Shown in pieces: positions 9,886-19,474 of a stretch of DNA of 64,000 nt. The notes beneath the pieces were generated by a model. That model did no database searches, was not told where the DNA came from, and saw nothing but the letters and a program-made list of their open reading frames with translations. This stretch comes from Anaerotignum sp. (GTDB lineage: Bacteria > Bacillota > Clostridia > Lachnospirales > Anaerotignaceae), in the NCBI RefSeq assembly GCF_030625865.1, contig NZ_DAOUQB010000010.1:966-64965 (forward strand), given 5' to 3'. The position numbers were made by a program, and so were the translations under genes. How positions within the stretch are numbered: the first letter of the stretch is position 1; every line of letters starts with the position of its first letter.

Positions 9886-10827
9886 ATGCAATTTAAAGCA
9901 TTGGAATACTTGGAAGCAATCTATAAATATAAAAATTTCACAAAAGCAGCCGAAGCTCTTTTCGTCTCTCAACCTGCTATTTCTGCGGCAATTCGCAAGC
10001 TGGAAGCAGAGTTTAATGTAAGGCTTATCATAAGAACCCCGAAAAAAGTTCTATTTACGCCCGAAGGGGAAGCTTTTATTGCCAAAATCAGCCCCATTCT
10101 GGAAGAATTGCGCTCCATTGAAGCAGATATGCTGGCAAAGAATCACAGCCAAAAAAGAACCCTTCGTCTGGGACTTTCTCCCACTGCTCCTCCCGATATT
10201 GTTCATGGCATATATCAGGATTTTTTGCCATCATTGGCTGAAAACGAAGAAGTCTTTTTTGATGAAGGGGGTGCCTATTACCACCTTGCAAAAATCGCAA
10301 GTGGTGAAGTCGACGTTGCAATTAACGTAATTCCCGAGGATATTTCAAAATTCCCCGTTGCATCTATCCCTTTATTCCGACAGGAAATTTGCCTTTTAAT
10401 ACGGGAAGACAGCAAACTGGCTGAATATGACAAAATCCCGATACAGTTGCTAAGCTCCACCCCAATTACCAGCCTGGGCGCCTCATCCTATTTGCCAAAA
10501 CGATTGGAAATGGAAGCCGCAAAAAGAAATATTCATTTGAAAGTCGCCTCGAAACATCTACATCAGACAAGCTATATCGAAGAGATCCTTTTAGGCGGCA
10601 GTTCCGGTATTATTAACGTGGATAGTAACCATATACCTCGCGCCCTATATGCTCATAAAACATTGGTGACTAGACCATTTCAAGACCCGATGTTTCTTGA
10701 TATTGGCATTTTGTATCAAAAAAAAGGGCATTTGCAACCCTTAACGCAAAGAGTTCTTACTTTTATTCAGGAAACAGCAAAGCTTTCCATACAAGCAGAT
10801 CATAATGAAGATACCCCTCCGAAATAA
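9886..10827 (+). CDS. LysR-family transcriptional regulator
   Basis: N-terminal HTH ..FTKAAEALFVSQPAISAAIRKLE.. and 313 aa length typical of LTTRs. Confidence 0.85.
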   Translation: MQFKALEYLEAIYKYKNFTKAAEALFVSQPAISAAIRKLEAEFNVRLIIRTPKKVLFTPEGEAFIAKISPILEELRSIEADMLAKNHSQKRTLRLGLSPTAPPDIVHGIYQDFLPSLAENEEVFFDEGGAYYHLAKIASGEVDVAINVIPEDISKFPVASIPLFRQEICLLIREDSKLAEYDKIPIQLLSSTPITSLGASSYLPKRLEMEAAKRNIHLKVASKHLHQTSYIEEILLGGSSGIINVDSNHIPRALYAHKTLVTRPFQDPMFLDIGILYQKKGHLQPLTQRVLTFIQETAKLSIQADHNEDTPPK

Positions 10828-10846
10828 TTTTTTTCGGAGGTTTTTT
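10815..10846 (+). terminator. intrinsic terminator
   Basis: CCTCCGAAA-taattt-TTTCGGAGG followed by TTTTTT. Confidence 0.8.
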
Positions 10847-10984
10847 GTATTACACAAATTAATAATAAATAAAATTTATGATATAAAAATATTTATGTAT
10901 TGTACAATTCCACATACACCTTTTAAAATAAAAGAAAAGTGATTTGTTATTTTATCTAATTTTTTTTACAAAGGAGGAAAAATA

Positions 10985-12019
10985 ATGACCCAAATGATGA
11001 AATGTGTTATTAAAGAAAAACCTGAAGCTGGCGCATTGGTGCTAACCGAAAGACCAATTCCCTCATATGGTGCGAATGATATCCTTGTAAAGGTGAAAGC
11101 CACCGCTGTTTGCGGAACCGATGTGCACATTATGGAATGGAATGAATGGTCTCAAAAACGACTGACTCCCCCTACTATTATTGGACATGAGTTTGCAGGA
11201 GAAGTGGTTGCAGTCGGCGACAATGTTTCCACAATTAAAATCGGTGATTTAATTTCAGCTGAAACCCATATCGTTTGCAACTCCTGCGCCCTTTGCCACA
11301 ATGGATACGAGCATGTTTGCCCAAACACCAAAACAATTGGTGTGGCACGGGATGGCTGCTTCGCTGAATATATTGCAATTCCTGCTGAAAATGCAGTAGT
11401 ATATAACCCATCTACACCTGTGGAAATCGTGTCTATTATGGAACCCTTCGGCGTAGCCGTTCACGCTGCAATGGAATTCCCCGTTGCCGGTAAAATTGTT
11501 ATGGTAAATGGATGTGGCCCTATTGGTGTTATGGCAGTCGCTGTTGCAAAAAAATGTGGTGCAGCAAAAGTATTTGCTGTTGAACTCAATAAACAGCGTG
11601 CAGAATTGGCATTAAAAATGGGGGCAGATGAAGTTTTAAACCCTATGGAAATAGATGTAGTAAAGGCGATCAAAGAAAAAACACCTTATGGCGTTGATGT
11701 TGTAATTGAATTCACAGGAAATATCCGAGCAATCAAAACCGCTATTGAATGTATGGCTCCCGAAGGAAAAATGGCGGCAGCCGGCCTGCCCGATGGTTCT
11801 GTTGATTTTAACTTCTCAGAATTTGTTTACAGTGGCAAAGTCATCAAAGGCATTGCCGGAAGATTGATGTATAAAACATGGGAAGACGCCAAAGGCCTTA
11901 TTGCAGGAGGATTGGATCTCTCCCCTATTATCACACACACACTTCCCTTGGAAGAATTCCAAGAGGGGCTACGCTTGATGAAAAGCGGTGAATGCTGCAA
12001 AACGATTTTAATCCCTTAA
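10985..12019 (+). CDS. tdh: L-threonine 3-dehydrogenase (Zn-dependent MDR family)
   Basis: ..AVCGTDVHIMEWNEWSQKRLTPPTIIGHEFAGEVV.. parallels E. coli Tdh (AICGTDVHIYNWDEWSQK...GHEYVGEVV). RBS is AAAGGAGGA. Confidence 0.75.
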   Translation: MTQMMKCVIKEKPEAGALVLTERPIPSYGANDILVKVKATAVCGTDVHIMEWNEWSQKRLTPPTIIGHEFAGEVVAVGDNVSTIKIGDLISAETHIVCNSCALCHNGYEHVCPNTKTIGVARDGCFAEYIAIPAENAVVYNPSTPVEIVSIMEPFGVAVHAAMEFPVAGKIVMVNGCGPIGVMAVAVAKKCGAAKVFAVELNKQRAELALKMGADEVLNPMEIDVVKAIKEKTPYGVDVVIEFTGNIRAIKTAIECMAPEGKMAAAGLPDGSVDFNFSEFVYSGKVIKGIAGRLMYKTWEDAKGLIAGGLDLSPIITHTLPLEEFQEGLRLMKSGECCKTILIP

Positions 12020-12079
12020 ATTATAAAGTACTTTCCCTTACCGTTCAGATAAAATCTTTAATTTACAAAAGAAAACTTT

Positions 12080-12130
12080 AATGCAGAAACTAAGAGTGCC
12101 GACAAAGTCGACACTCTTAGTTTCTGCATT
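12080..12130. terminator. long perfect hairpin between convergent genes
   Basis: 19-bp perfect arms AATGCAGAAACTAAGAGTG / CACTCTTAGTTTCTGCATT. Confidence 0.7.
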
Positions 12131-12243
12131 ATTAAATTGAAACCCAAAGGACAAACACTAAAGTTATGGAAACGCCCAATTTGCTACAAAAGGCTTATAA
12201 CCTCTCCAAATAAAGCACCTTTTCCCTTGGGTTTAAAAAACAA

Positions 12244-14481
12244 TTACAACGTTTCTTCTTCACCCTCATTCACAAACAGTTCCTCATTGTCCTCCCAAAG
12301 GGGCATACTAACAATTGCCTTAAACAAATCGCCATCCACCTTAACGCCAAAGGTACCTCCTTGGGCTTCTACCAAGCTTTGGGCAATAGAAAGCCCCAGT
12401 CCGGAGCCTTCCGTGGTTCTAGAAGCATCTCCTCGAACAAATCTGTCTGTTAATCTTGTTTCATCAAAATCAATGGGGGCTGCAGAAATATTTTTCATAA
12501 CCAAAATCCCACGTCCCTCAGCCTGAAATATATCAATATATACCCGGGAATTAGGTAGAGAATATTTCACTGCATTGGAAACCAGATTCTCCAATATCCT
12601 CCATAGGTGTCTGCCATCAGCTAAGATATACAAAGGTTCTGGGCAACTTACTTTCATTTCCAACCCTGCTGCCTCTATTTTTTCTTCCAATTCACCGATG
12701 GCCTGCAACATGATCTGGCGATAATCCACACGCATTGCTTCAACGGTAATATTTCCGCTGGAAACCTTGCTTGCTTCAATTAAATCTTCAATCAGCTGCT
12801 TCAAGCGATAAGATTTTTCATATAATATCTCAACATACGCCGATGCCGATTGATTTTCCAACTTAAGGTTTCGCAGCAAATCAACATAAGAAATAATGGA
12901 GGTAAGAGGCGTTTTTAAATCATGAGAAACATTTGTAATTAATTCTGTTTTCATCCTTTCCCCTTTTACAGCATCCTCCACGGAGTTTTTCAAGCCGTCC
13001 TGAATGTTTGCTATATCTTTTGCAAAATTGATAAAAGAAGGTGAAATTTCCTCCAAATTTAATTTATATTGCAAATTACCTTTTGAGGTTTCTCTGGCTG
13101 AAATCATAATTCTTTTCAAGGAACGCAGTGCCCTTAGAAAGAAAAACATGCAAACACCATTAAACACAAATAAACCGATCATACACAAAAAACAAATAAT
13201 AAAATATTCCATTTGTGCACTAAAAATAACCATGCCCATAATTGCACAGTTCCCCAGCCCGTAGCAAAGCATAACAAATATCAACCATCCACGGAAGGTT
13301 TTCCCTGTAAATAATTCAGATAAACGGCGAATGGTTACAGATATCCATGTATTTCGTAAAAATATTTTCCCTTTCATTTGTCTTGCTACAGACGTAACAT
13401 AGGAAGTTATTAATGCGATATTGCAAAAATAAATCACACCTAATATCGTGGTAAAGATATACGCCCAAAAAATAGCTGTTTCATTTAGAATGCTTGACAA
13501 GAGAGCAAGCCCCAAGAAAAAGGAAATCATCATCAGCCCACATACGAATAAGAAGTGAATTTCATTGTATATTTTATCTACCACCAGATAGGTGATTTTT
13601 CCTCCCTTTTCATTTTGTCCCGCAACACGAACCAAATAGACGAAACAAAAAATAAAGAGCAGCGTTGATCCCGTAAACACACCAAACAATATGGGTAATC
13701 CCGATTTGGCAAAAACGTATTCCTGCCCCAAATTATAAAACGCATCTCCAACGACAAAAGGATCACGGATTCCTGCATAAATTTTATAATCGCTATCTTC
13801 CATAAATGAATTGTTTTGGATATAGGGCGTAACTCCAATGTTGTCACTGCTAAAGCCTGAAGAAAGAACAACAGTACGTTCAATATTACTCATTTCACCT
13901 CGGGTAGTATTACCTGATATCACGTTACCTTGACTATCTTCTACATAATATAAAAAATTGACAATACCATTAAAATAACGCACACTTCTCTTATATTCAT
14001 CCACCTGATTTTGAATATACATTTTTCGATATAAAGGCAACCGACTTTCCACTAGCTCTTTGTACTCATTAAAATTATTTTCCAAAGAACTGGGAATACT
14101 GCCATGAATAATTAATCCATCAAAGTTTTCGTTAATAGATGTATTTCCGGTAATAATGCCATCTTTAATACCATAATATCGTTTAAAATCTTGAATTAAC
14201 TCTTCTTTATCAATCAAGGCACCACTTAAAATGCGGTTCTCATTGCGATAATAAACATCCGCTTTTATAACCTCATCCAATGCCTCTGCAAACTGGCTTT
14301 TAAACTCATATGTATCATATATGGATTTTGCCTCAATAATACTTCTATCCCAATGATTGGAAATGTTTGCCGCTACAATACCACAAAAAAAGTTGGCCAT
14401 AGCACAAATAAATAATAATACAACAATGGCTACCTTACATTTTGTTTGATAACATCTAAATTTTTTCGATTTTGTATCCAA
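12244..14481 (-). CDS. sensor histidine kinase with large N-terminal sensor/multi-TM region
   Basis: The C-terminus has an H-box (..NVSHDLKTPLTSI..) and HATPase motifs (..NAVKYS.., ..GSGLGLSIA..). The N-terminal ~450 aa contain an extracytoplasmic segment and several TM helices. Confidence 0.85.
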   Translation of the reverse strand: MDTKSKKFRCYQTKCKVAIVVLLFICAMANFFCGIVAANISNHWDRSIIEAKSIYDTYEFKSQFAEALDEVIKADVYYRNENRILSGALIDKEELIQDFKRYYGIKDGIITGNTSINENFDGLIIHGSIPSSLENNFNEYKELVESRLPLYRKMYIQNQVDEYKRSVRYFNGIVNFLYYVEDSQGNVISGNTTRGEMSNIERTVVLSSGFSSDNIGVTPYIQNNSFMEDSDYKIYAGIRDPFVVGDAFYNLGQEYVFAKSGLPILFGVFTGSTLLFIFCFVYLVRVAGQNEKGGKITYLVVDKIYNEIHFLFVCGLMMISFFLGLALLSSILNETAIFWAYIFTTILGVIYFCNIALITSYVTSVARQMKGKIFLRNTWISVTIRRLSELFTGKTFRGWLIFVMLCYGLGNCAIMGMVIFSAQMEYFIICFLCMIGLFVFNGVCMFFFLRALRSLKRIMISARETSKGNLQYKLNLEEISPSFINFAKDIANIQDGLKNSVEDAVKGERMKTELITNVSHDLKTPLTSIISYVDLLRNLKLENQSASAYVEILYEKSYRLKQLIEDLIEASKVSSGNITVEAMRVDYRQIMLQAIGELEEKIEAAGLEMKVSCPEPLYILADGRHLWRILENLVSNAVKYSLPNSRVYIDIFQAEGRGILVMKNISAAPIDFDETRLTDRFVRGDASRTTEGSGLGLSIAQSLVEAQGGTFGVKVDGDLFKAIVSMPLWEDNEELFVNEGEEETL

Positions 14482-15151
14482 TACCCCACACCACCTTTAG
14501 ATATCTGGGCTCTTTTGGGTTAATTTCAATTTTTTCTCTAATACGGCGGATATGTACCGAAACAGTATTTTCAGGAGCAAAAGAAAGTTCATTCCAAACT
14601 TTTTCATAAATTTGATCAATGGAAAAAACCTTGCCTGCATTTTCCATCAACAGCTGAAGAATTCCGTATTCCGTAGCTGTAAGCTTAACCGGTTCACCAT
14701 GGACACGAACTTCTTTTGCATCCTTATCCAGCTCAAGCTCCCCGATTTTTATCACATTGCTTTTTTCCGCAATACTACCAAGGGCTGTGTAGCGACGCAT
14801 CTGGCTTTTTACCCGCGCCAAAAGCTCCAGTGGATTAAACGGCTTCGTGATATAATCATCGGCACCAAAATTTAACCCCAAAATTTTATCTGTATCTTCA
14901 GATTTTGCTGAAAGAATAATAATAGGTATATTTAACGTTTCCCTTATTTTAACCGTTGTATTTAAGCCATCTAATTTGGGCATCATAATATCCAGTAAAA
15001 TTAAGTGTATTTCATTTTCCTCCAAAATCTTTAAAGCCTCCAGTCCGTTATAGGCTTTAATCACATGATAACCTTCTTGCTTTAAATAAATTTCAATTGC
15101 GTCAACAATTGATTTATCATCATCACAAACCAAAATATTGAATTTTTCCAT
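14456..15151 (-). CDS. OmpR/PhoB-family response regulator
   Basis: MEKFNILVCDDD.. receiver domain plus a winged-helix C-terminus (..VWGIGYKIEK). The start is chosen at the ATG with a GGGGG RBS. Confidence 0.9.
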   Translation of the reverse strand: MEKFNILVCDDDKSIVDAIEIYLKQEGYHVIKAYNGLEALKILEENEIHLILLDIMMPKLDGLNTTVKIRETLNIPIIILSAKSEDTDKILGLNFGADDYITKPFNPLELLARVKSQMRRYTALGSIAEKSNVIKIGELELDKDAKEVRVHGEPVKLTATEYGILQLLMENAGKVFSIDQIYEKVWNELSFAPENTVSVHIRRIREKIEINPKEPRYLKVVWGIGYKIEKI

Positions 15152-15302
15152 CAGAAGTACCCCCATTTCCCAAAACTAGTCTATTTTATCATAGCAGGAT
15201 TCTTTTACAAAATAATACATACTTCCTTAAATAATTCTTAATTTCTTTTCATTCTAGCCTAAACTGACAGGAAAAGAAAGATAAACTTTTTAAAAATAAT
15301 TA

Positions 15303-15331
15303 TTGACAATTTTTACTTTTTCTTATATACT
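15303..15331 (+). promoter_or_regulatory. sigma-A promoter for tRNA-Lys
   Basis: TTGACA (15303-15308), 17 nt, TATACT (15326-15331). Confidence 0.6.
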
Positions 15332-15343
15332 AAAACACGTTGC

Positions 15344-15416
15344 GGGTCACTAGCTCAGTTGGTAGAGCACTGGACTTTTAATCCAGGTGTCTCGGGTTCG
15401 AGCCCCGAGTGACTCA
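15344..15416 (+). tRNA. tRNA-Lys (anticodon UUU)
   Basis: Cloverleaf by hand: acceptor GGGTCAC/GTGACTC, D-arm GCTC-AGTTGGTA-GAGC, anticodon arm CTGGA-CTTTTAA-TCCAG, T-arm TCGGG-TTCGAGC-CCCGA, discriminator A. CCA is not encoded. Confidence 0.9.
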
Positions 15417-15493
15417 TTTTTTATTGCAGAAAATATTTAAATCACAATTTTACACTTTTTTAAGTATTTTCCTCAGTCTATAGAATTATTCTC

Positions 15494-15538
15494 AAAAAAC
15501 TGGTGTTACAAAAATCCCTTTGTAATACCAGTTTTTTT
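15494..15538 (+). terminator. intrinsic terminator after tRNA-Lys
   Basis: CTGGTGTTACAAA-aatccc-TTTGTAATACCAG followed by TTTTTTT, and preceded by an A-run. Confidence 0.8.
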
Positions 15539-15784
15539 AACATTACAATTCAACAATATCCTTTACAAAATATCTGTTTTCTAAAATATTTTGCCGTAAA
15601 ATGATTTCTAAAAGCAAAACTGCTACCTCAAAGTTTAATTTTTAAGAAAAACATTGCCGTAAGAAGGCTTGATGGTTATAATATTGGAGAGAATACTATG
15701 CTCTTTTCTCAAGGTTTACCTTAATCCACATCTTCTGCAATGCGTTGCAGCTTTCGATTCACTTTACTTCAGGAGGAAAACAAA

Positions 15785-17017
15785 TTGATACGAAAAATAC
15801 TGGGAGAGTACAAAGAAATCCTTTTGTATTCTCTGATCGCTTTATTGGTAGGCATTATTATTGGCGGAATAGATGCCGTCTTTGGAGAGGTACTAATTAA
15901 GATTACAGAAATACGCAGTGAACATGTTATAAAGTTGGTCCCCTTTTTACCCATTGCCGGGGTTCTCATTATACTTATATATGGCTATTTCAGTAAAGAA
16001 AGCTTAAAAGGAATGACCCTGATATTTGAAACCGGGCATGGCAATAATGCGCATATTCCAAAAATGCTTGTACCCTTAATTATCGTAACCACTTGGATTA
16101 CACACCTTTTTGGCGGAAGTGCCGGACGAGAAGGCGTTGCTGTGCAGCTGGGGGCCACCGTAGCCCATACAATTGCAAGAAATCTAAAATTTTTAAACAA
16201 TTCCCGTGTTCTTTTGGTAATCGGTATGGCTGCCGGTTTTGCCGGTCTGTTTCAGACACCTCTTGCCGCGACATTTTTTGCTTTGGAGGTTCTTGTGTCA
16301 GGGGTATTTTTATATGAAGTCTTGTTACCCGCTTTGGTAGCCTCTTTTGCCGCAAGCACCACCTCCCACTTGCTGGGATTGGAAAAGTTCTCAGTGAACA
16401 TTCAAAATACCATATCCCTTTCCCCTGAAAATTTCCTTAAGCTTATCCTCGTGGGGATTATTTTTGGAATCGTGGGGGGCATCTTTGCTTATTTTTTGAG
16501 TTTCAGTAAAAAAAAGCTTGCTTCGTTTATTGTAAGCCCCATCAAGCGCATATTCGTTACAGGCTGTATTCTGACTTTCTTGCTTCTTTTATTACATGCG
16601 GGGAGATACTGCGGATTAGGTACAAATCTTATTCACATAAGTTTTACAGATGGGATAATTTTTAATTATGATTGGCTTTTAAAGCTTTTTCTAACCATTT
16701 TAACTCTAGCCGCCGGTTTTCAGGGAGGCGAAGTTACCCCCCTGTTTTCTATTGGAGCAAGCCTTGGAATTGTTCTTGGAAGCTTATTGGGTCTACCAAC
16801 TATGCTCATTGCCGCACTGGGTTATGCCGCTGTTTTCGGAAGTGCAACCAATACATTGTTAGCACCGATTTTGATTGGTGCAGAAGTATTCGGTCCTCAA
16901 AACACGATTTATTTTGCAATCGTATGTTCCTTAGCATTTATATTTAATGGTAACAAGACAATTTATACAGCGCAGAAAAGATTCAACTTCTTCTCCCATG
17001 AAAATATTCAACTTTAA
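15785..17017 (+). CDS. CLC-family antiporter, CLC-F (fluoride/proton) subtype
   Basis: GHGNNAHIP, GGSAGREGVAVQLG and GGEVTPLFSIG replace the canonical GSGIP/GKEGP/Tyr motifs, as I recall for the fluoride-specific (Met-Val) clade. A TTG start at 15785 sits 7 nt after AGGAGGA; the ORF-track start at 15740 lacks an RBS. Confidence 0.7.
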   Translation: MIRKILGEYKEILLYSLIALLVGIIIGGIDAVFGEVLIKITEIRSEHVIKLVPFLPIAGVLIILIYGYFSKESLKGMTLIFETGHGNNAHIPKMLVPLIIVTTWITHLFGGSAGREGVAVQLGATVAHTIARNLKFLNNSRVLLVIGMAAGFAGLFQTPLAATFFALEVLVSGVFLYEVLLPALVASFAASTTSHLLGLEKFSVNIQNTISLSPENFLKLILVGIIFGIVGGIFAYFLSFSKKKLASFIVSPIKRIFVTGCILTFLLLLLHAGRYCGLGTNLIHISFTDGIIFNYDWLLKLFLTILTLAAGFQGGEVTPLFSIGASLGIVLGSLLGLPTMLIAALGYAAVFGSATNTLLAPILIGAEVFGPQNTIYFAIVCSLAFIFNGNKTIYTAQKRFNFFSHENIQL

Positions 17018-17248
17018 GTTTTCTCAATACTGTAATTCTCACTTTATTTTTACTTTTGAGAACTGCAATCATTAAACTTGCTGTTCATACTTTGATGTCC
17101 TTTTCCTATAAGAAACACATATCTTTTTTCATAAAAAGTATGACTGATCAACTTCTTAGCACTCTATTTAGGGTAAACAATGCTTTGTACTTGAAATAGT
17201 TCATATTTTTTGGTATATTGTAACTTAGAATATTTTTGGAGGTGTACC

Positions 17249-17911
17249 ATGGAAAGTCCAGTCTTTTCATTATCAGAGCGAGATAGAGCTATTTTATATT
17301 CTCATATAAATATGGCAGATGGTGTAGCGGAATTCTTAGGAGATTTTTGCGAAGTGGTGATACATAATTTGGAAAACATGGATCACTCTGTTATGCACAT
17401 TGTTAATGGGAATCTCTCAGGCAGACAAATTGGCGCCTCTATTTCAGAAGTAACCCTTTCTTTTTTAAACCGAATGTTGGCAGAGCCAAACCTAAAACAT
17501 CTTTATTATTTTGCAAAGAACAAACGCGGTGAAACCTTTAAATCCTCGATTACGGCCATTATGGGTGAAAAGGGAAATATTATTGGGCTGTTTTGTATCA
17601 ATATGTACCTTGCGGCACCCATTTCCTCTTTGGTAAATTTTATGTGTCAGGGGGAAAGTGCAAAGCAAGAAAATATTTCTGAAACATTTGTTGAAAACAC
17701 AGAGGAGCTTATGCTTCATGCCTTGGAAGAAGCAAAGAAAGCAGTTTACAGTAATCTTGCCATTTCCTCTTCCAATAAAAATAAAGAAATTGTATCTATT
17801 CTGTATCAAAAAGGAATCTTTAATCTCAAAGATTCTGTTATTACCATTGCTGAACACTTGGGGATTTCCAAAAACACCGTATATATGCATATTCGAAATA
17901 TGAACAAGTAA
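17249..17911 (+). CDS. YheO-like PAS-domain / HTH transcriptional regulator
   Basis: ..ADGVAEFLGDFCEVVIHNLENMDHSVMHIVNG..SGR.. plus a C-terminal HTH (..IAEHLGISKNTVYMHIRN). The start is placed at the ATG after GGAGGTG. Confidence 0.7.
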   Translation: MESPVFSLSERDRAILYSHINMADGVAEFLGDFCEVVIHNLENMDHSVMHIVNGNLSGRQIGASISEVTLSFLNRMLAEPNLKHLYYFAKNKRGETFKSSITAIMGEKGNIIGLFCINMYLAAPISSLVNFMCQGESAKQENISETFVENTEELMLHALEEAKKAVYSNLAISSSNKNKEIVSILYQKGIFNLKDSVITIAEHLGISKNTVYMHIRNMNK

Positions 17912-18084
17912 AAATCTTATATAATTAAATCATAGTAAACAGCCACGTGTCAAACGCGTGGTTTTCTTTTCCACAGAAAGGCTACAGTCCGTTTCTAAAT
18001 TGTGACCTTAATCCATATTTTATGTATTTATAATTTCTACGATATCATTATCTACCCTCTCATTTGAGATATTAAGTTTTTTTA

Positions 18085-18176
18085 ACAGAGCATATACCTT
18101 ATGCCTAAATTAGCATAAGTCGTTGTTTTGCCAACGCTGCCTTTTTGTTAGCGATAGCTATAATATTTGCATTCAA
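18085..18176 (-). pseudogene. relic of a ParA/Soj-type ATPase N-terminus (frameshifted, truncated)
   Basis: After RBS AAGGAGGA the frame reads (M)NANIIAIANKK. A -1 shift in the A5 run then restores GSVGKTTTYANLGI (deviant Walker A), and the frame hits a stop about 6 codons later. Confidence 0.35.
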
Positions 18177-18412
18177 TTTTGTTCCTCCTTTCAATTTAGA
18201 GTACAAAAAAGGAGCTAGCTCTATATAAACTAACTCCTCCTTATTCTGTATTTTGTTGTGTTTTAAATATTACTTATTGCCTATTCCAAATTCATTAAGA
18301 ATTTCTGACATCAGCTTCATTGATTTAGAAAACACTACATTAATTGCGTCCAAATTAGACTTCTTTTTGTAACGTCCGTTAAATGCTTCAAGCAGCAGAT
18401 ACCTTTTTACAT

Positions 18413-19474
18413 TTAATTTTTCAGCCTGACAGTGAAAGTGCTCCCGTTTCCTTTTTCACTTCTAACCGAAATCTGACCTCCTACTAGATCTACAACCCGC
18501 TTCACAAGTGAAAGGCCTAATCCATTCCCCTCAACCAAATGCGATGTATCTCCCTGATAAAACCGATCAAATATTCGTTTAAATGTGCTATCATCTATTC
18601 CACATCCGGTATCTGCAATTGTAACTACTGCTGTCTCATTATCCTGTTTTAACTGTACCTTAACCCTTCCACCAGGCTCTGTATATTTGATTGCATTCGT
18701 TAAAAGATTATTCCACACAATTTCTAAGAGACTATCATCAGAATTAATTACGACTTCATCTATATCTATCTCTAGATCTATGTTTTTTTCTTCAAATTTT
18801 TCATCCAGAGAAAGAATACAAAGACGTAGTTGTTCAGCCAAAGAAAAAGATTCAATCTGGATAATTTCCTGATTCTCCAGCTTTGTTAATCGCAGAACAT
18901 TACTCACAAGGTCTGACAGTTTATTTGTTGCCTCAAGAACGGTTTGTATATAATTTTCTTTATCTTCCTTTGAAATTTCCTCTTTGCGCAGCAACGTAGT
19001 ATAGCTTTGTATAATTGCCAAAGGAGTCTTTATTTCATGGGATATATTTGCAATAAAATCTCCCTTTAGTGTTTCTATGGTCGCCAATTCCTCTACCATT
19101 TTATTAAAGTCATCAATAAGCACCTCAAATTCATCTTTCAGTCCATCCTTCCTTTTGGGACGGATCCGTACCGTAAAATCTCCACCTGCAACTTTTCTTG
19201 CAGCTTGTCCAACCTCTGCTAATGGTTTCAAATATCCCGTATTCATAATATAGTGGATAGAAAGACTAATAAGCAGACAAACCAAAAATACATAACTGCT
19301 TATATCCATTGCAATAACCCAAGGACTCATTTCTCTGCGTATAAATTCAATGTATAGTAAAATAGTACCGGCACAGCATATTAATACAATACCGAGCACA
19401 ATAAGATACTCTTTTAAAAACGATTTTTTTACTGTAATTCTAGAATCCTTCGGATCTTTGTATTGTACAATCAA
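18413..19474 (-). CDS. sensor histidine kinase (2 TM, HAMP, HisKA, HATPase)
   Basis: ..NISHEIKTPLAII.. H-box, ..NAIKYT.., ..GNGLGLSLV.., 353 aa. Confidence 0.9.
   Translation of the reverse strand: MIVQYKDPKDSRITVKKSFLKEYLIVLGIVLICCAGTILLYIEFIRREMSPWVIAMDISSYVFLVCLLISLSIHYIMNTGYLKPLAEVGQAARKVAGGDFTVRIRPKRKDGLKDEFEVLIDDFNKMVEELATIETLKGDFIANISHEIKTPLAIIQSYTTLLRKEEISKEDKENYIQTVLEATNKLSDLVSNVLRLTKLENQEIIQIESFSLAEQLRLCILSLDEKFEEKNIDLEIDIDEVVINSDDSLLEIVWNNLLTNAIKYTEPGGRVKVQLKQDNETAVVTIADTGCGIDDSTFKRIFDRFYQGDTSHLVEGNGLGLSLVKRVVDLVGGQISVRSEKGNGSTFTVRLKN

Noticed and set aside
12137-12526. 129-aa plus-strand ORF.
   Set aside because: It begins just past the convergent terminator hairpin (12080-12130) and overlaps the histidine kinase 3' end antisense. 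The composition is Ser/Pro-rich and non-protein-like.
15660-15785. Possible fluoride (crcB) riboswitch upstream of the CLC-F gene.
   Set aside because: I could not find the conserved GGCGATG..., ...GCTGATGA..CCTAC elements by eye, so no feature is called. A covariance-model scan is needed to be sure.
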